Shown here: piece after piece, positions 1 to 8,722 of the stretch
Layout of the letters: each line of letters starts with the position of its first letter
Position numbering within the stretch: position 1 is the stretch's first letter
Assembly: GCA_038245905.1 (NCBI GenBank)
Contig: JBBRRY010000029.1
Coordinates: 1 to 50,848, forward strand
Origin: Thermoanaerobaculia bacterium
Lineage (GTDB): Bacteria > Acidobacteriota > Thermoanaerobaculia > UBA5066
Length of the DNA stretch: 50,848 bases
Direction of reading: 5' to 3'
Position numbers and translations under genes: made by a program
Notes under the pieces: model-generated
What the model was told of the DNA's origin: nothing
Seen by the model: only the letters and a program-made list of their open reading frames with translations
Databases searched by the model: none

Positions 1-165
1 GGCCCCGGATTCGCCCGAAAGCGGCGGATCAAGACGAAAAGTAGGAGTCGAAACCGCCGCCCTCGGCAATCTCTTCCCTCTAAGAATCTCTTCTCTCGCC
101 TTCGTCTCCAGAAAACAGGCCCTTCTTCAACAGCCTGCTAGCGGGCGCTTGCGGCGGACAGGACA

Positions 166-182
166 TAAGTATTTAATACATA
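166..182. promoter_or_regulatory. AT-rich palindrome, probable autoregulatory operator of the toxin-antitoxin operon
   Basis: TA-a-GTATT-T-AATAC-a-TA lies directly before the antitoxin ATG at 184 and overlaps a TTTAAT -10-like box. Type II antitoxins usually bind such sites. Confidence 0.5.
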
Positions 183-183
183 C

Positions 184-429
184 ATGAAACGCAAGCTCGT
201 CCAGGCCGGCAGCTCCCTCGCCGTGACCCTTCCCGCCGAAGTCGTGCACGCCTTCAGCCTCAAGAAGGGTCAGGAGGTGGATGTGACCGTCCACCCCGTC
301 AGCGGCGCGGTGATCGTCCGCGCCGGCGCCCTGCACTTCGAGGGGGGTGAGGTCACTCCGCGATTCGGCCGAAAGGTCGCTTCTCTCCTGAAGCGACGGG
401 CCGGGGTCTACCGGACTCTCGCGAAGTGA
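184..429 (+). CDS. AbrB/MazE/SpoVT-family antitoxin
   Basis: 81 aa; N-terminus RKLVQAGSSLAVTLP..LKKGQEV has the swapped-hairpin AbrB pattern; GTGA overlap with the downstream toxin. Confidence 0.85.
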   Translation: MKRKLVQAGSSLAVTLPAEVVHAFSLKKGQEVDVTVHPVSGAVIVRAGALHFEGGEVTPRFGRKVASLLKRRAGVYRTLAK

Positions 430-818
430 TCGTCACGCTCTCGGTGCCGCAGCTCGTCGCCCTCCATGGCGAGCTCCTGAGCGCGTTCGGCGGGCGCCGG
501 GGCTTGCGCGACCGGTCGGCTCTCGAGTCGGCCGCGTCTCGGCCGGGCATGACATTCGACGGCGAGGATCTCTACCCGGACCTCGCCGCGAAAGCGGCGG
601 CGCTGATGCACTCTCTCGTCGTCAACCATGCGTTCGTGGACGGGAACAAGCGCGTGGGAGCGGCGGCGGCCGAACTCGTGGTCGAGGTCAACGGCTACCG
701 TCTCCGCGCGGCGGACTCCGATCTCGAGGACCTGACGCTCGCCGTCGCCCGGGGCGAGCGGTCCGCGGAGGCGATCGCAATCTGGTTTCGCCAGCGGCTC
801 GAGCCCGCGGAAACGTGA
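426..818 (+). CDS. doc: Death-on-curing (Doc/Fic) family type II toxin
   Basis: Doc-type Fic motif HAFVDGNKR, plus GLRDRSALESA and LYPDLAAKAAAL; 130 aa; coupled to the antitoxin. Confidence 0.9.
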   Translation: MIVTLSVPQLVALHGELLSAFGGRRGLRDRSALESAASRPGMTFDGEDLYPDLAAKAAALMHSLVVNHAFVDGNKRVGAAAAELVVEVNGYRLRAADSDLEDLTLAVARGERSAEAIAIWFRQRLEPAET

Positions 819-828
819 CGCCGCGAGG

Positions 829-1848
829 CTATTTGCCGGCGGGCTTCTCCACGTGCCCGCCGAACTCGAACCTCATCGCCGACATGATCTTGTTCGCGAA
901 GTCGGCCTGTCCCTGCGAGGCGAAGCGCTCGTAGAGAGCCGCCGTGAGGACCTCGGCGGGGGTTCCTTCGTCGATCGCGGCCAGGATGGTCCAGCGTCCC
1001 TCTCCCGAGTCCGAAACGCGCCCCGAGAAGTTCTCGAGCTGGGGTGACTTCTGGAGCGCGATGGCCGTGAGATCCAGTAGCCACGACGCCACGACGCTTC
1101 CGCGCCGCCAGACCTCGGCGATGTCGGGGAGGTTCATGTCGTACTGGTAGTGCTCCGGGTTGCGGAGCGGCGTCGTCTCGGCGTCGAGCTCGCGCCCCTT
1201 CTTGCCCACGTTCGCGTGCCTGAGGATGTTCAGGCCTTCCGCGTACGCCGCCATCATTCCGTACTCGATGCCGTTGTGGACCATCTTGACGAAGTGTCCC
1301 GCTCCGCTCGGTCCGCAGTAGAGATATCCCAGCTCGGCGGTGCCCGAGGCCTTCTCGCGCCCTGGCGTGCGCGGAATGTCGCCGATCCCCGGCGCGATCG
1401 TCCGGAAGATCGGGTCCAGGCGCTGAACGGCGTTCGCCTCGCCTCCGATCATCATGCAGTAGCCCCGCTCGAGGCCCCAGACGCCGCCGCTCGTCCCGAC
1501 GTCCAGGTAGTGGACGCCCCTGGCGCGGAGGTCCTTCTGGCGGCGGATGTCGTCGACATAATAGGAATTGCCGCCGTCGATGAGGACGTCGTCCGCCTGC
1601 ATCTTCGGAGCGAGATCCGCAAGCAGTCCGTCTACCGCCGCGGCCGGAACCATGAGCCACGCCGCGCGCGGGGGCGTGAGCTTCGCCACGAACTCGGAAA
1701 GCGAAGACGCCCCGACGGCGCCTTCCGAAACGAGCTGCTTCACGGCTTCGGGATTGCGGTTGTACACGACGCACGTGTGCCCGTTCTTCATCAGGCGCCG
1801 CACGATGTTCGCGCCCATCCGTCCGAGTCCGATCATTCCGAGCTGCAT
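829..1848 (-). CDS. gnd: 6-phosphogluconate dehydrogenase, decarboxylating (short YqeC type)
   Basis: GMIGLGRMG Rossmann motif, [36 protein letters not shown]-terminal FGGH; AAGGAG RBS. Confidence 0.95.
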   Translation of the reverse strand: MQLGMIGLGRMGANIVRRLMKNGHTCVVYNRNPEAVKQLVSEGAVGASSLSEFVAKLTPPRAAWLMVPAAAVDGLLADLAPKMQADDVLIDGGNSYYVDDIRRQKDLRARGVHYLDVGTSGGVWGLERGYCMMIGGEANAVQRLDPIFRTIAPGIGDIPRTPGREKASGTAELGYLYCGPSGAGHFVKMVHNGIEYGMMAAYAEGLNILRHANVGKKGRELDAETTPLRNPEHYQYDMNLPDIAEVWRRGSVVASWLLDLTAIALQKSPQLENFSGRVSDSGEGRWTILAAIDEGTPAEVLTAALYERFASQGQADFANKIMSAMRFEFGGHVEKPAGK

Positions 1849-2000
1849 GACTTCTCCTTACGCGGTCGCGCTTCAGGCGGCGCATTCTTTCACGGCGCTG
1901 GATGCGACGCGGGATGGAGACTATGCTTGAAGATCGCGGCCTAGACCGTTAGACCAGTTCGCGGGGAGGCACTTCGATTCAGAAGGTTCTGCGCGCCCTC

Positions 2001-4703
2001 ATGTCTTGTTCCCGTTCGGCGGCCTTTCTCTTGATGACGTGCATGACGAGTACGGTGGCGCACGCGCAGCGCTGCGCGCCCAGCTTCTACGACAGCGTCC
2101 GGCTCGATCTGCACGGTGCGCAGAACGTCGTCGCGGCCCCGGACTTCGATCGTGACGGGCGGCCCGATCTTCTGTTCGTCGACACCGACGGCGTTAAGGT
2201 CGCGATGAACCTCGGCGGCGGCTCCTTCGGCGCTCCGCAGACCGTTCTCCCGGCCGGCTACACCGCCCTGGTCGGCGACATGGACGGCGACGGGATTCCC
2301 GATCTCGTGGGTTTCCGCAAGGACTCGGCCTCGAGCTCCATCGAGGTCTACAAGGGATCGGGGCAGTCGTTCCGGCGCGTGTCTTCCGCGGCGGTTCCGG
2401 CCGCGGCCGGCTCGCCCGTCCTCGGGGATTTTGACGGCAACGGGACCCTCGATCTGGCGATCCTCGTTGGAAGCTTCGACCTCTGGGTCTTTCCCGGCGA
2501 CGGCCACGGCGGACTCGGACCGCCTCGAGTTCAGGTCATCCTCCCGGGCGCAGACAATCCGTTCAGTCTCTTCACCGCCCATGCGTACCAGCTCTGGGCG
2601 CAGGACGTGGACGGCGACGGCCGCGCGGATCTGCTGGTCGGAGTTTCGACTTACAAATACAACGGCCTCATGACACTGATCTCAGGCCCGGCCGGCGTCT
2701 TCGCGCAATCTCCGGCCGGGCCCGTCGGCGGGGGCTATATCAGGTCTCCCCGTGTTTTCTCGGGGGACCTCGACGGAGACGGCCACGCCGATACCGTCGT
2801 GTTGTCGGGCTTTATGCCTGGTCCCGATTGGATCGACGTCTATCTCTGGCGCCCAACGGGGCTTCTCGACGTCCCGGGACAATCCACGGGAAAGACCGAC
2901 TCGGAGTTCGCGAATTTCGGCCCCCTCGCCGACCTCGACGGGGACGGTCACCTGGATCTTCTCGAGACGCGCGGCGCCGGGCCGGGCGCGCGGCTGGTCC
3001 TCTGGCTCGGGGACGACGCTGGCCACTTCCGCCGCGACCGGAGCTTTCCGCTACCGTTCCTGCCCTGGGGAACCCCGATCGTCGCGGCGGATTTCGACGG
3101 GGACGGCCGCGTCGACCTCGTCGTCGGCGGCGCCTATCCGCGCTTCATCCCGAACGCCTGCTGGAGCGGGTATCAGCGCACGGTCGTCGTCCCCGTCCTT
3201 GTCTCGACGGCCGGAGCGGCCGGGACCTTCTGGACCTCGGACCTCACGATCACAAATTCCGGCTCCACACCGGCGCGTGTGGATCTGACGTACACCGCCT
3301 CCGCCGGCGGCGGCGGCGGAACCGTCACGACAACGCTCGCGCCCGGAGTGCAGCTTTCCGACGCCTCCGCGTTCGACCTCCTCGCTCGTCTCGGACTCGA
3401 GCTGCCGCCCGCCGGATCCCGGATCGCAACGCTCAGCGCCGTCTTCCACGGGCTATCGTCCGAGGCCTCCGGGAGCCTGGCCGTTCGCACGTCGTCCGGG
3501 GGGGCCGGCGTCTCCTATCCCGCGATCGTGCCCTCCTCCCGCATGGCCTCCCCCACCGTGTTCTTCTCGCCGTCGACGCCCACGGTCGTGACGGGCCTGA
3601 AGCAGGACGGCGAGGACCGCAGCAACCTCGGCGTTTCGCACACCGGCCGGCAGGGTGACGACCCTCTGACGCTCGCGATCACCGTCAGCTCGACGGACCC
3701 GTCCGCGCCCGGAGAGGTCCACCTCCCGCCGATCACGCTCAAACCGGGCGAGACCCGGCAGATCGACCGCGTGCTCACGGCGTCCGGGCTCAACGCGGCT
3801 TCCGGATATGCGCGGATCGTTTCGACGGGACCCGGCGCCCCCGCCCCGTTCGCCTCGTGGGGAGTCGTCAACGACAACACGGGAACGTCGGACGGCAGTC
3901 TCGTGCTCGGTCGCGACGACGCCGGCGGATACTACGGGAACGGCTGGGTGATTCCGTCCGTCACCGAGAGCGGCTCGTACAGGACGGAAGTCGTCCTCAC
4001 GGCCCTCGACAACGTCTCTTCGGGAACGGTCTCCTCGTCGGTCACGCTTCGGTACCGCTCTCCGGACCTCGCGTCTTCCAGCGGGAGCGTGTCGATGTCC
4101 GTCGCGGTTCCCCTCCAGAGCGGAGTCCGGATTCCGAATGTCGTTGCGGCTCTTCGCGCCGCCGATCCGGCCGGCGTCGGCCCGATCGGGCCGACTTATG
4201 CCGGCATCCTCGAGATCCAGCCCGACGGCTATCCGATAAACGCCTTCGCGCGGGTTCTCGGAGAGCCGCGGAGGTACGGAGTGTCGATCGCGCCCGTCGA
4301 GAGGCCGGCCTATCCGAAAAGCTTTCCCGCCCCCGCGCGGTCCGCGATCGTGCCCGATCTGCGGCAGGACGCACGGTTTCGCTCGAACCTCGTCATCGCG
4401 GAACTCTACGAACTCTCGCAGCCTGCACTCTACCGGGTCGAACTCTTCGACGCGGGGGGACGGCAGGTCGCGTCCCGCGAAGTCCGCCCGGCGGGCGCGG
4501 GCTGGCTGCAGATCAACCGGATCCTCGCGGACTGGGCTCCGGGGACGCAGCGTGGATGGGCCCGCGTCACGCAGATCGAGCCGCTCTCCACGGAGGATCT
4601 GACGCACGCCGGATTCGTGACGTACGCCGTCATCAACGACGGCGCCGCGCCCGGACTCGGAACGGGCGACGGCTCGATCGTATGGATGGAGACGGAGCCG
4701 TAG
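2001..4703 (+). CDS. Secreted FG-GAP/VCBS repeat beta-propeller protein with a large C-terminal module
   Basis: Signal-peptide-like N-terminus (..VAHA/Q); seven DxDxDGxxD-type repeats in the first ~375 aa; then a ~500-aa beta-rich region with an internal duplication. Confidence 0.85.
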   Translation: MSCSRSAAFLLMTCMTSTVAHAQRCAPSFYDSVRLDLHGAQNVVAAPDFDRDGRPDLLFVDTDGVKVAMNLGGGSFGAPQTVLPAGYTALVGDMDGDGIPDLVGFRKDSASSSIEVYKGSGQSFRRVSSAAVPAAAGSPVLGDFDGNGTLDLAILVGSFDLWVFPGDGHGGLGPPRVQVILPGADNPFSLFTAHAYQLWAQDVDGDGRADLLVGVSTYKYNGLMTLISGPAGVFAQSPAGPVGGGYIRSPRVFSGDLDGDGHADTVVLSGFMPGPDWIDVYLWRPTGLLDVPGQSTGKTDSEFANFGPLADLDGDGHLDLLETRGAGPGARLVLWLGDDAGHFRRDRSFPLPFLPWGTPIVAADFDGDGRVDLVVGGAYPRFIPNACWSGYQRTVVVPVLVSTAGAAGTFWTSDLTITNSGSTPARVDLTYTASAGGGGGTVTTTLAPGVQLSDASAFDLLARLGLELPPAGSRIATLSAVFHGLSSEASGSLAVRTSSGGAGVSYPAIVPSSRMASPTVFFSPSTPTVVTGLKQDGEDRSNLGVSHTGRQGDDPLTLAITVSSTDPSAPGEVHLPPITLKPGETRQIDRVLTASGLNAASGYARIVSTGPGAPAPFASWGVVNDNTGTSDGSLVLGRDDAGGYYGNGWVIPSVTESGSYRTEVVLTALDNVSSGTVSSSVTLRYRSPDLASSSGSVSMSVAVPLQSGVRIPNVVAALRAADPAGVGPIGPTYAGILEIQPDGYPINAFARVLGEPRRYGVSIAPVERPAYPKSFPAPARSAIVPDLRQDARFRSNLVIAELYELSQPALYRVELFDAGGRQVASREVRPAGAGWLQINRILADWAPGTQRGWARVTQIEPLSTEDLTHAGFVTYAVINDGAAPGLGTGDGSIVWMETEP

Positions 4704-4706
4704 CCG

Positions 4707-6173
4707 TCACGCGATCGCGCCCAGCTCCCGCGTAACCTCCAGCACCTCGTCCACCGTCGCGTCCGCGTCCGCGAGCGTCGACCGCGGGTTGATGAAGCAG
4801 GGGCGGATCGCGAAGCGGCCGTTCACGCGTGTGTGGGACGGGATCGCACGGCCGCGCGCGCGCACCCCGAGGAGAATCTTCTCGTTCAGCACGTCGAGCG
4901 CGGCTTCGTCCGTCATGCCCTTCGGCTTCACGCGGAAACAGCAGATCGAGAGGACCGGCTCGGCGAGGAGCTCGAGCGCCGGATGCGCGCGCACGCGTTC
5001 CGCCACGCGGCGCGCGCAGTCGTGGTGGCGTACGACGCGTTCCCGCATGCCCGAGGCGCCGATCTCCTTGAGCGCGGCCCAGACGGTGAGGCCCCGCGGC
5101 GGTGCCGAGTGATCGATCGAGAAGTCGGGATTGCCCTCGCCGCGCTCGTCGAAGGGCGAGGCGAGGTCTCCGGTGCCGGTAGGCGCCATCTCGACGTAGG
5201 CCGCGGGCTCGAGCGTGAGAGCGCGTGCGAGGAGCCCGCCGTCGCGCACGAATCCCGCGCCGCATCCGATCGGCACGGCCATCCACTTGTGCGGGTCTAC
5301 CGCGAACGAGTCGACCTTCGAGAGATCGCCGTAGAGCGGGGCGACGCGCGGATCGAGAACGCCGAAGCCACCGTAGGCGCCGTCCACGTGCAGCCACACG
5401 CCGCGCGCGTGCGCGATCTCGCGCATCGCGTCGATCGGGTCGACGACCCCGGTGTTCACGTCGCCCGCGGATGCGACGACGGCGACGGGTGTTCGCCCGG
5501 CCGCGAGGTCCTCGTCGAGGGCGCGCTCGAGCGCGCTGAGGTCGAGCCTCCTGTCCCCGTCGATCGCGACGAGGCAGAGGGCCCGCCTCCCGAGGCCGAG
5601 GACGCCGCAGGCACGGTGAACGACGTGATGCACCTCGGTCGAGGCGTAGACGCGCGGCCGGGCGAGCCTTCCGAGGCCGTCCAGAGAGGGGTCGAATCCG
5701 CGGCTCTCGCCCGCGTGCTGGCGGGCGGCGGCGAGACCGAGGAGGTTCGCGAGCGACCCGCCGCCCGTGAACGCGCCTTCGAAGTGATCCGGCAGCCCAA
5801 CGAGGCGTCCCAGCCAGCGAAGCGCCAGGACCTCGAGGAAGTTGCCGGGGCTTGCCCACCAGCGTTGCGGGCTCGCGAGGGCGCCCGCGAGCTGGGCCAC
5901 GACCGGCACGGTCGTCGGCATCGTCGTGACCCATCCCGAGAATCCGGGCGCGCCGATCCGGAGCCCGTTCGAGACGACGACCGTGCGTAGCACCTCGAGG
6001 ACGGCCTCGCGACCGGCTCCCGTCTCAGGCAGCCGCTCGTCGAGCACGGCCCGCCAGAGCGTCCGGCGCCTGGCGGGGTCGGGGCCTTCGAAGCGCAGGA
6101 ACGCTTCGAGGTCGGGCAGTATCCGCGCCAGAGAATCACCAAGAGCGTCCATTGCCGCGGCGTCCGGGCGCAT
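4707..6173 (-). CDS. Group II PLP-dependent amino-acid decarboxylase
   Basis: GGGSLANL, AGDVNTGVVD, WLHVDGAYGG, PLP-lysine motif DPHKW, IRPCFINPRS; GAGGAGG RBS. Confidence 0.9.
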   Translation of the reverse strand: MRPDAAAMDALGDSLARILPDLEAFLRFEGPDPARRRTLWRAVLDERLPETGAGREAVLEVLRTVVVSNGLRIGAPGFSGWVTTMPTTVPVVAQLAGALASPQRWWASPGNFLEVLALRWLGRLVGLPDHFEGAFTGGGSLANLLGLAAARQHAGESRGFDPSLDGLGRLARPRVYASTEVHHVVHRACGVLGLGRRALCLVAIDGDRRLDLSALERALDEDLAAGRTPVAVVASAGDVNTGVVDPIDAMREIAHARGVWLHVDGAYGGFGVLDPRVAPLYGDLSKVDSFAVDPHKWMAVPIGCGAGFVRDGGLLARALTLEPAAYVEMAPTGTGDLASPFDERGEGNPDFSIDHSAPPRGLTVWAALKEIGASGMRERVVRHHDCARRVAERVRAHPALELLAEPVLSICCFRVKPKGMTDEAALDVLNEKILLGVRARGRAIPSHTRVNGRFAIRPCFINPRSTLADADATVDEVLEVTRELGAIA

Positions 6174-6213
6174 CGTTCCACCTCCTCGGGAGCGCTATTA
6201 TGGGGATTGATCA

Positions 6214-8703
6214 ATGGCTTCCTTTGCGCGTTTTCCCGGCTTGCCTCTTCTCAAGGCGTTCGACGGCGCCCTCAAGGAGGGCCTTCTCCTCGACGAGGCG
6301 CTTGGCGGCATCCTGACGGCGGCCCTCCATTTCTTCGACGCCCCGGTCGTCGCCCTGCTTCCCGGAGCCGGCGTTCCGCCCATGACGCGCTCCGGCCGAT
6401 CCAGCGTCGCCGCTGCAGCCGAGGCCCGGCTCAACCAGCACCTCTCCGAGGTCCTCGCGCAAGGGCGTCCGAAGAAAGTCAGCGAGGGAGGGTTGTCTTT
6501 TTTTGCAGCGCCTGTGAAGGTGAAGGACCAGGTGCAGGCCGTCCTCGGCGTCGTCATGGAGGCGATGCCCGCCGGCGAGGCCGAGGCCGAAGAAGCCATC
6601 CGTATCTTCGCGCGTTCAGTGGGCCACGTCCTCGAGCGCGAGCGCACGATCGGAACACTCATGAAACGGCGCGAGGAAGCCGTCGCCCTCTTCGAGCTCG
6701 CCTCCGGTGCGTTCCTCTCCCTGAACCCGGACGAAGTCATCCGCCTCACTGTCGCCTCACTATCGCGCGAGCTCGAATTCGACCGCGTGACGGCCTATCG
6801 ATTTCACCCGGAGGCGCGCGAGGTCACGGAGATCCTCAACCAGGGCGGATCGACGAGCGGCGAACGTTCGCGGACCGGCCGCCGCCCTCTCGACGCGGAC
6901 GAATTGCTCGGCCGCGCCCTCTCGGCGCACGGACCCGCCTTCGAGGACGAGCCCGGCTCGAATCCTCCGCGCCGCCGCCGCATGTGTCTGCCTCTCCACG
7001 CGGGCGACCTCGTGTTCGGCTTCCTCACGATGTCGCGACGCGGCGGCTTCGCCCTCACGCCGCAAGAGCTGCGGCTCGCGCAGGAGCTCGCGAAGCTGGC
7101 GGCGGGCGCCCTCGACAAGGCGCGGCTCCTCGACGCCGAACGCCGGCACAGCGAGCGCAATGCGTTCGTGGGCCGCCTCCACACGGCCCTTTCGGGTCAG
7201 ACGGACGTCGCCACGATCGCGGCGCGCACCGTCGACGAGCTGGGGCCGCAGTTCGACTTCGACGTCTGCGTCCTCAGGCTCCTCCCCGCGGGCGAGCTCC
7301 CGGGCACCCAGGTCGCCTTCGTCAAGGGCGGCGGGAGCTCCGCCGCGGTGGAGATCTCGAACACGCTCGTCGCCCACCTCGCGACGGAGACCTCCCATCT
7401 CCTGCTCCCCGACGTCGGGAAAGACCCGCACGGTGCCGCACTCCTCCCGTCGGGCGCGGCCATCACGAATCTCACCCCTCCTCTCGGCCTTCTCGCGGTG
7501 CCGCTCGTGTACCGCGGCGCCCCCGCGGGCGTCCTTTGCGCGATCACGGGCGCGCGCGCACACGCCCTCTCCTCGGAGGACCTGCGCTCCTTCGAGGCGC
7601 TCGGCGTCGAGGTCTCCCTGGCCATCACCTCGGCCCGCCTCCTTCAGCAGGAGCGCGAGTCGTACCGTTTCCTCGACCGCCTCCGCGAGGTCGGCCGTTC
7701 ACTGGCGACCACGTTCGACGTCGAACGCATCAAGCAGACGCTCTGCGAGCAGGCGGTCACGCTGCTCAAGGCGGATGCGGCGCAGTTCTGGGACGCCGAC
7801 CCGGCTTCGAAGTCCGCGAAGATTTCGACGCGATGGGGCGCGGACGTGGGCGACGAGGTCGGGCGGGCTGTTGCCTTCGAACAGACGGGGCACCCGATCG
7901 TCCGCACGTTTCTCGACAAGACACTCTCGGTCGCCGGCCCCGGCGAGGGCGCGACGTTCTTCCCGGGCAACGCCGGTGGCGCCAACGCGCCGCTCATCCG
8001 CGCGGCCGCCGTGCCGCTCGCGTATCACGACGAGCTCATCGGCGTTCTTTCCGTCGGCGCGCGCCGGGGAAGCGAAGATTGGCCGGTCGACCTCAAGGAA
8101 CGGCTCGACCTCCTCGCCGACGCCGCCGCCGTAGCGCTTCACAACGCGCGCCTCATGAAGCTCATCGAGCAGCAGACCGAACGCGACAGCCAGTCGGGTC
8201 TTTACAACCGGTCGTCGCTCGGCAAGCGCCTCGAGTCCGAGCTCCGGCGGGCCGAGCGCAACGGCCAGTCGATCGCCGTCGCGCACCTGCGCATAGACGG
8301 CCTGCAGGAAGCGATCGCGAAGCTGGGACCGGACTCGGGCGATTCCCTCATGCCGAAGCTCGCCGCGAAGCTCGTGCGGGCGACGCGCGCGGTCAATTTC
8401 GTCGCGCGTGACGAGGACGACCGCTTCTACATCCTCATCTTCGAGGCCGGGAAGGTTCAGGCGCACCGCGCCCTCCACTCAGTCCAGAAGAACTTCCAAC
8501 AGGGGATGGACGAGCGGCTCGTGGCCGCCGGTATCCGGCTCGGCCTCAGCGCGGGGGTGGCGGTCTACCCCGACGACGCCTTCGACACGGCGACGCTCGT
8601 CCTCCGTGCGAGCGAAGCCCTCGAGCAGGCGATCCGCACGGGGCCGTCGTCCGTGATCCTGTACCACCCGCCCGGCGACTCCGACTCGGCCGCGGCCGGC
8701 TGA
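6214..8703 (+). CDS. Multi-GAF sensor protein with a degenerate C-terminal GGDEF domain
   Basis: About four GAF-like units (FFAAPV, MCLPLHAG, LAVPLVYRG, AVPLAYHDELIGVL); DSQSGLYNR entry motif; ARDEDDRF replaces ARxGGDEF; SAGVAVYPDD. Confidence 0.85.
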   Translation: MASFARFPGLPLLKAFDGALKEGLLLDEALGGILTAALHFFDAPVVALLPGAGVPPMTRSGRSSVAAAAEARLNQHLSEVLAQGRPKKVSEGGLSFFAAPVKVKDQVQAVLGVVMEAMPAGEAEAEEAIRIFARSVGHVLERERTIGTLMKRREEAVALFELASGAFLSLNPDEVIRLTVASLSRELEFDRVTAYRFHPEAREVTEILNQGGSTSGERSRTGRRPLDADELLGRALSAHGPAFEDEPGSNPPRRRRMCLPLHAGDLVFGFLTMSRRGGFALTPQELRLAQELAKLAAGALDKARLLDAERRHSERNAFVGRLHTALSGQTDVATIAARTVDELGPQFDFDVCVLRLLPAGELPGTQVAFVKGGGSSAAVEISNTLVAHLATETSHLLLPDVGKDPHGAALLPSGAAITNLTPPLGLLAVPLVYRGAPAGVLCAITGARAHALSSEDLRSFEALGVEVSLAITSARLLQQERESYRFLDRLREVGRSLATTFDVERIKQTLCEQAVTLLKADAAQFWDADPASKSAKISTRWGADVGDEVGRAVAFEQTGHPIVRTFLDKTLSVAGPGEGATFFPGNAGGANAPLIRAAAVPLAYHDELIGVLSVGARRGSEDWPVDLKERLDLLADAAAVALHNARLMKLIEQQTERDSQSGLYNRSSLGKRLESELRRAERNGQSIAVAHLRIDGLQEAIAKLGPDSGDSLMPKLAAKLVRATRAVNFVARDEDDRFYILIFEAGKVQAHRALHSVQKNFQQGMDERLVAAGIRLGLSAGVAVYPDDAFDTATLVLRASEALEQAIRTGPSSVILYHPPGDSDSAAAG

Positions 8704-8722
8704 GCGGGACCCGGGACCAACC

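Noticed and set aside
1-141. Possible gene fragment at the left edge
   Set aside because: Several frames are open, but none has convincing codon usage or motifs; it cannot be assigned.
2139-3120. Recurrent GACGGCGACGG-type DNA repeats resembling an array
   Set aside because: Explained by FG-GAP protein repeats; degenerate at the DNA level; not CRISPR.
6207-8411. 734-aa Arg/Pro-rich ORF, and similar ones such as 38032-40323, 41001-42818 and 29586-31349
   Set aside because: Alternate-frame or antisense shadows of well-supported genes, with Arg/Pro/Gly-biased composition.
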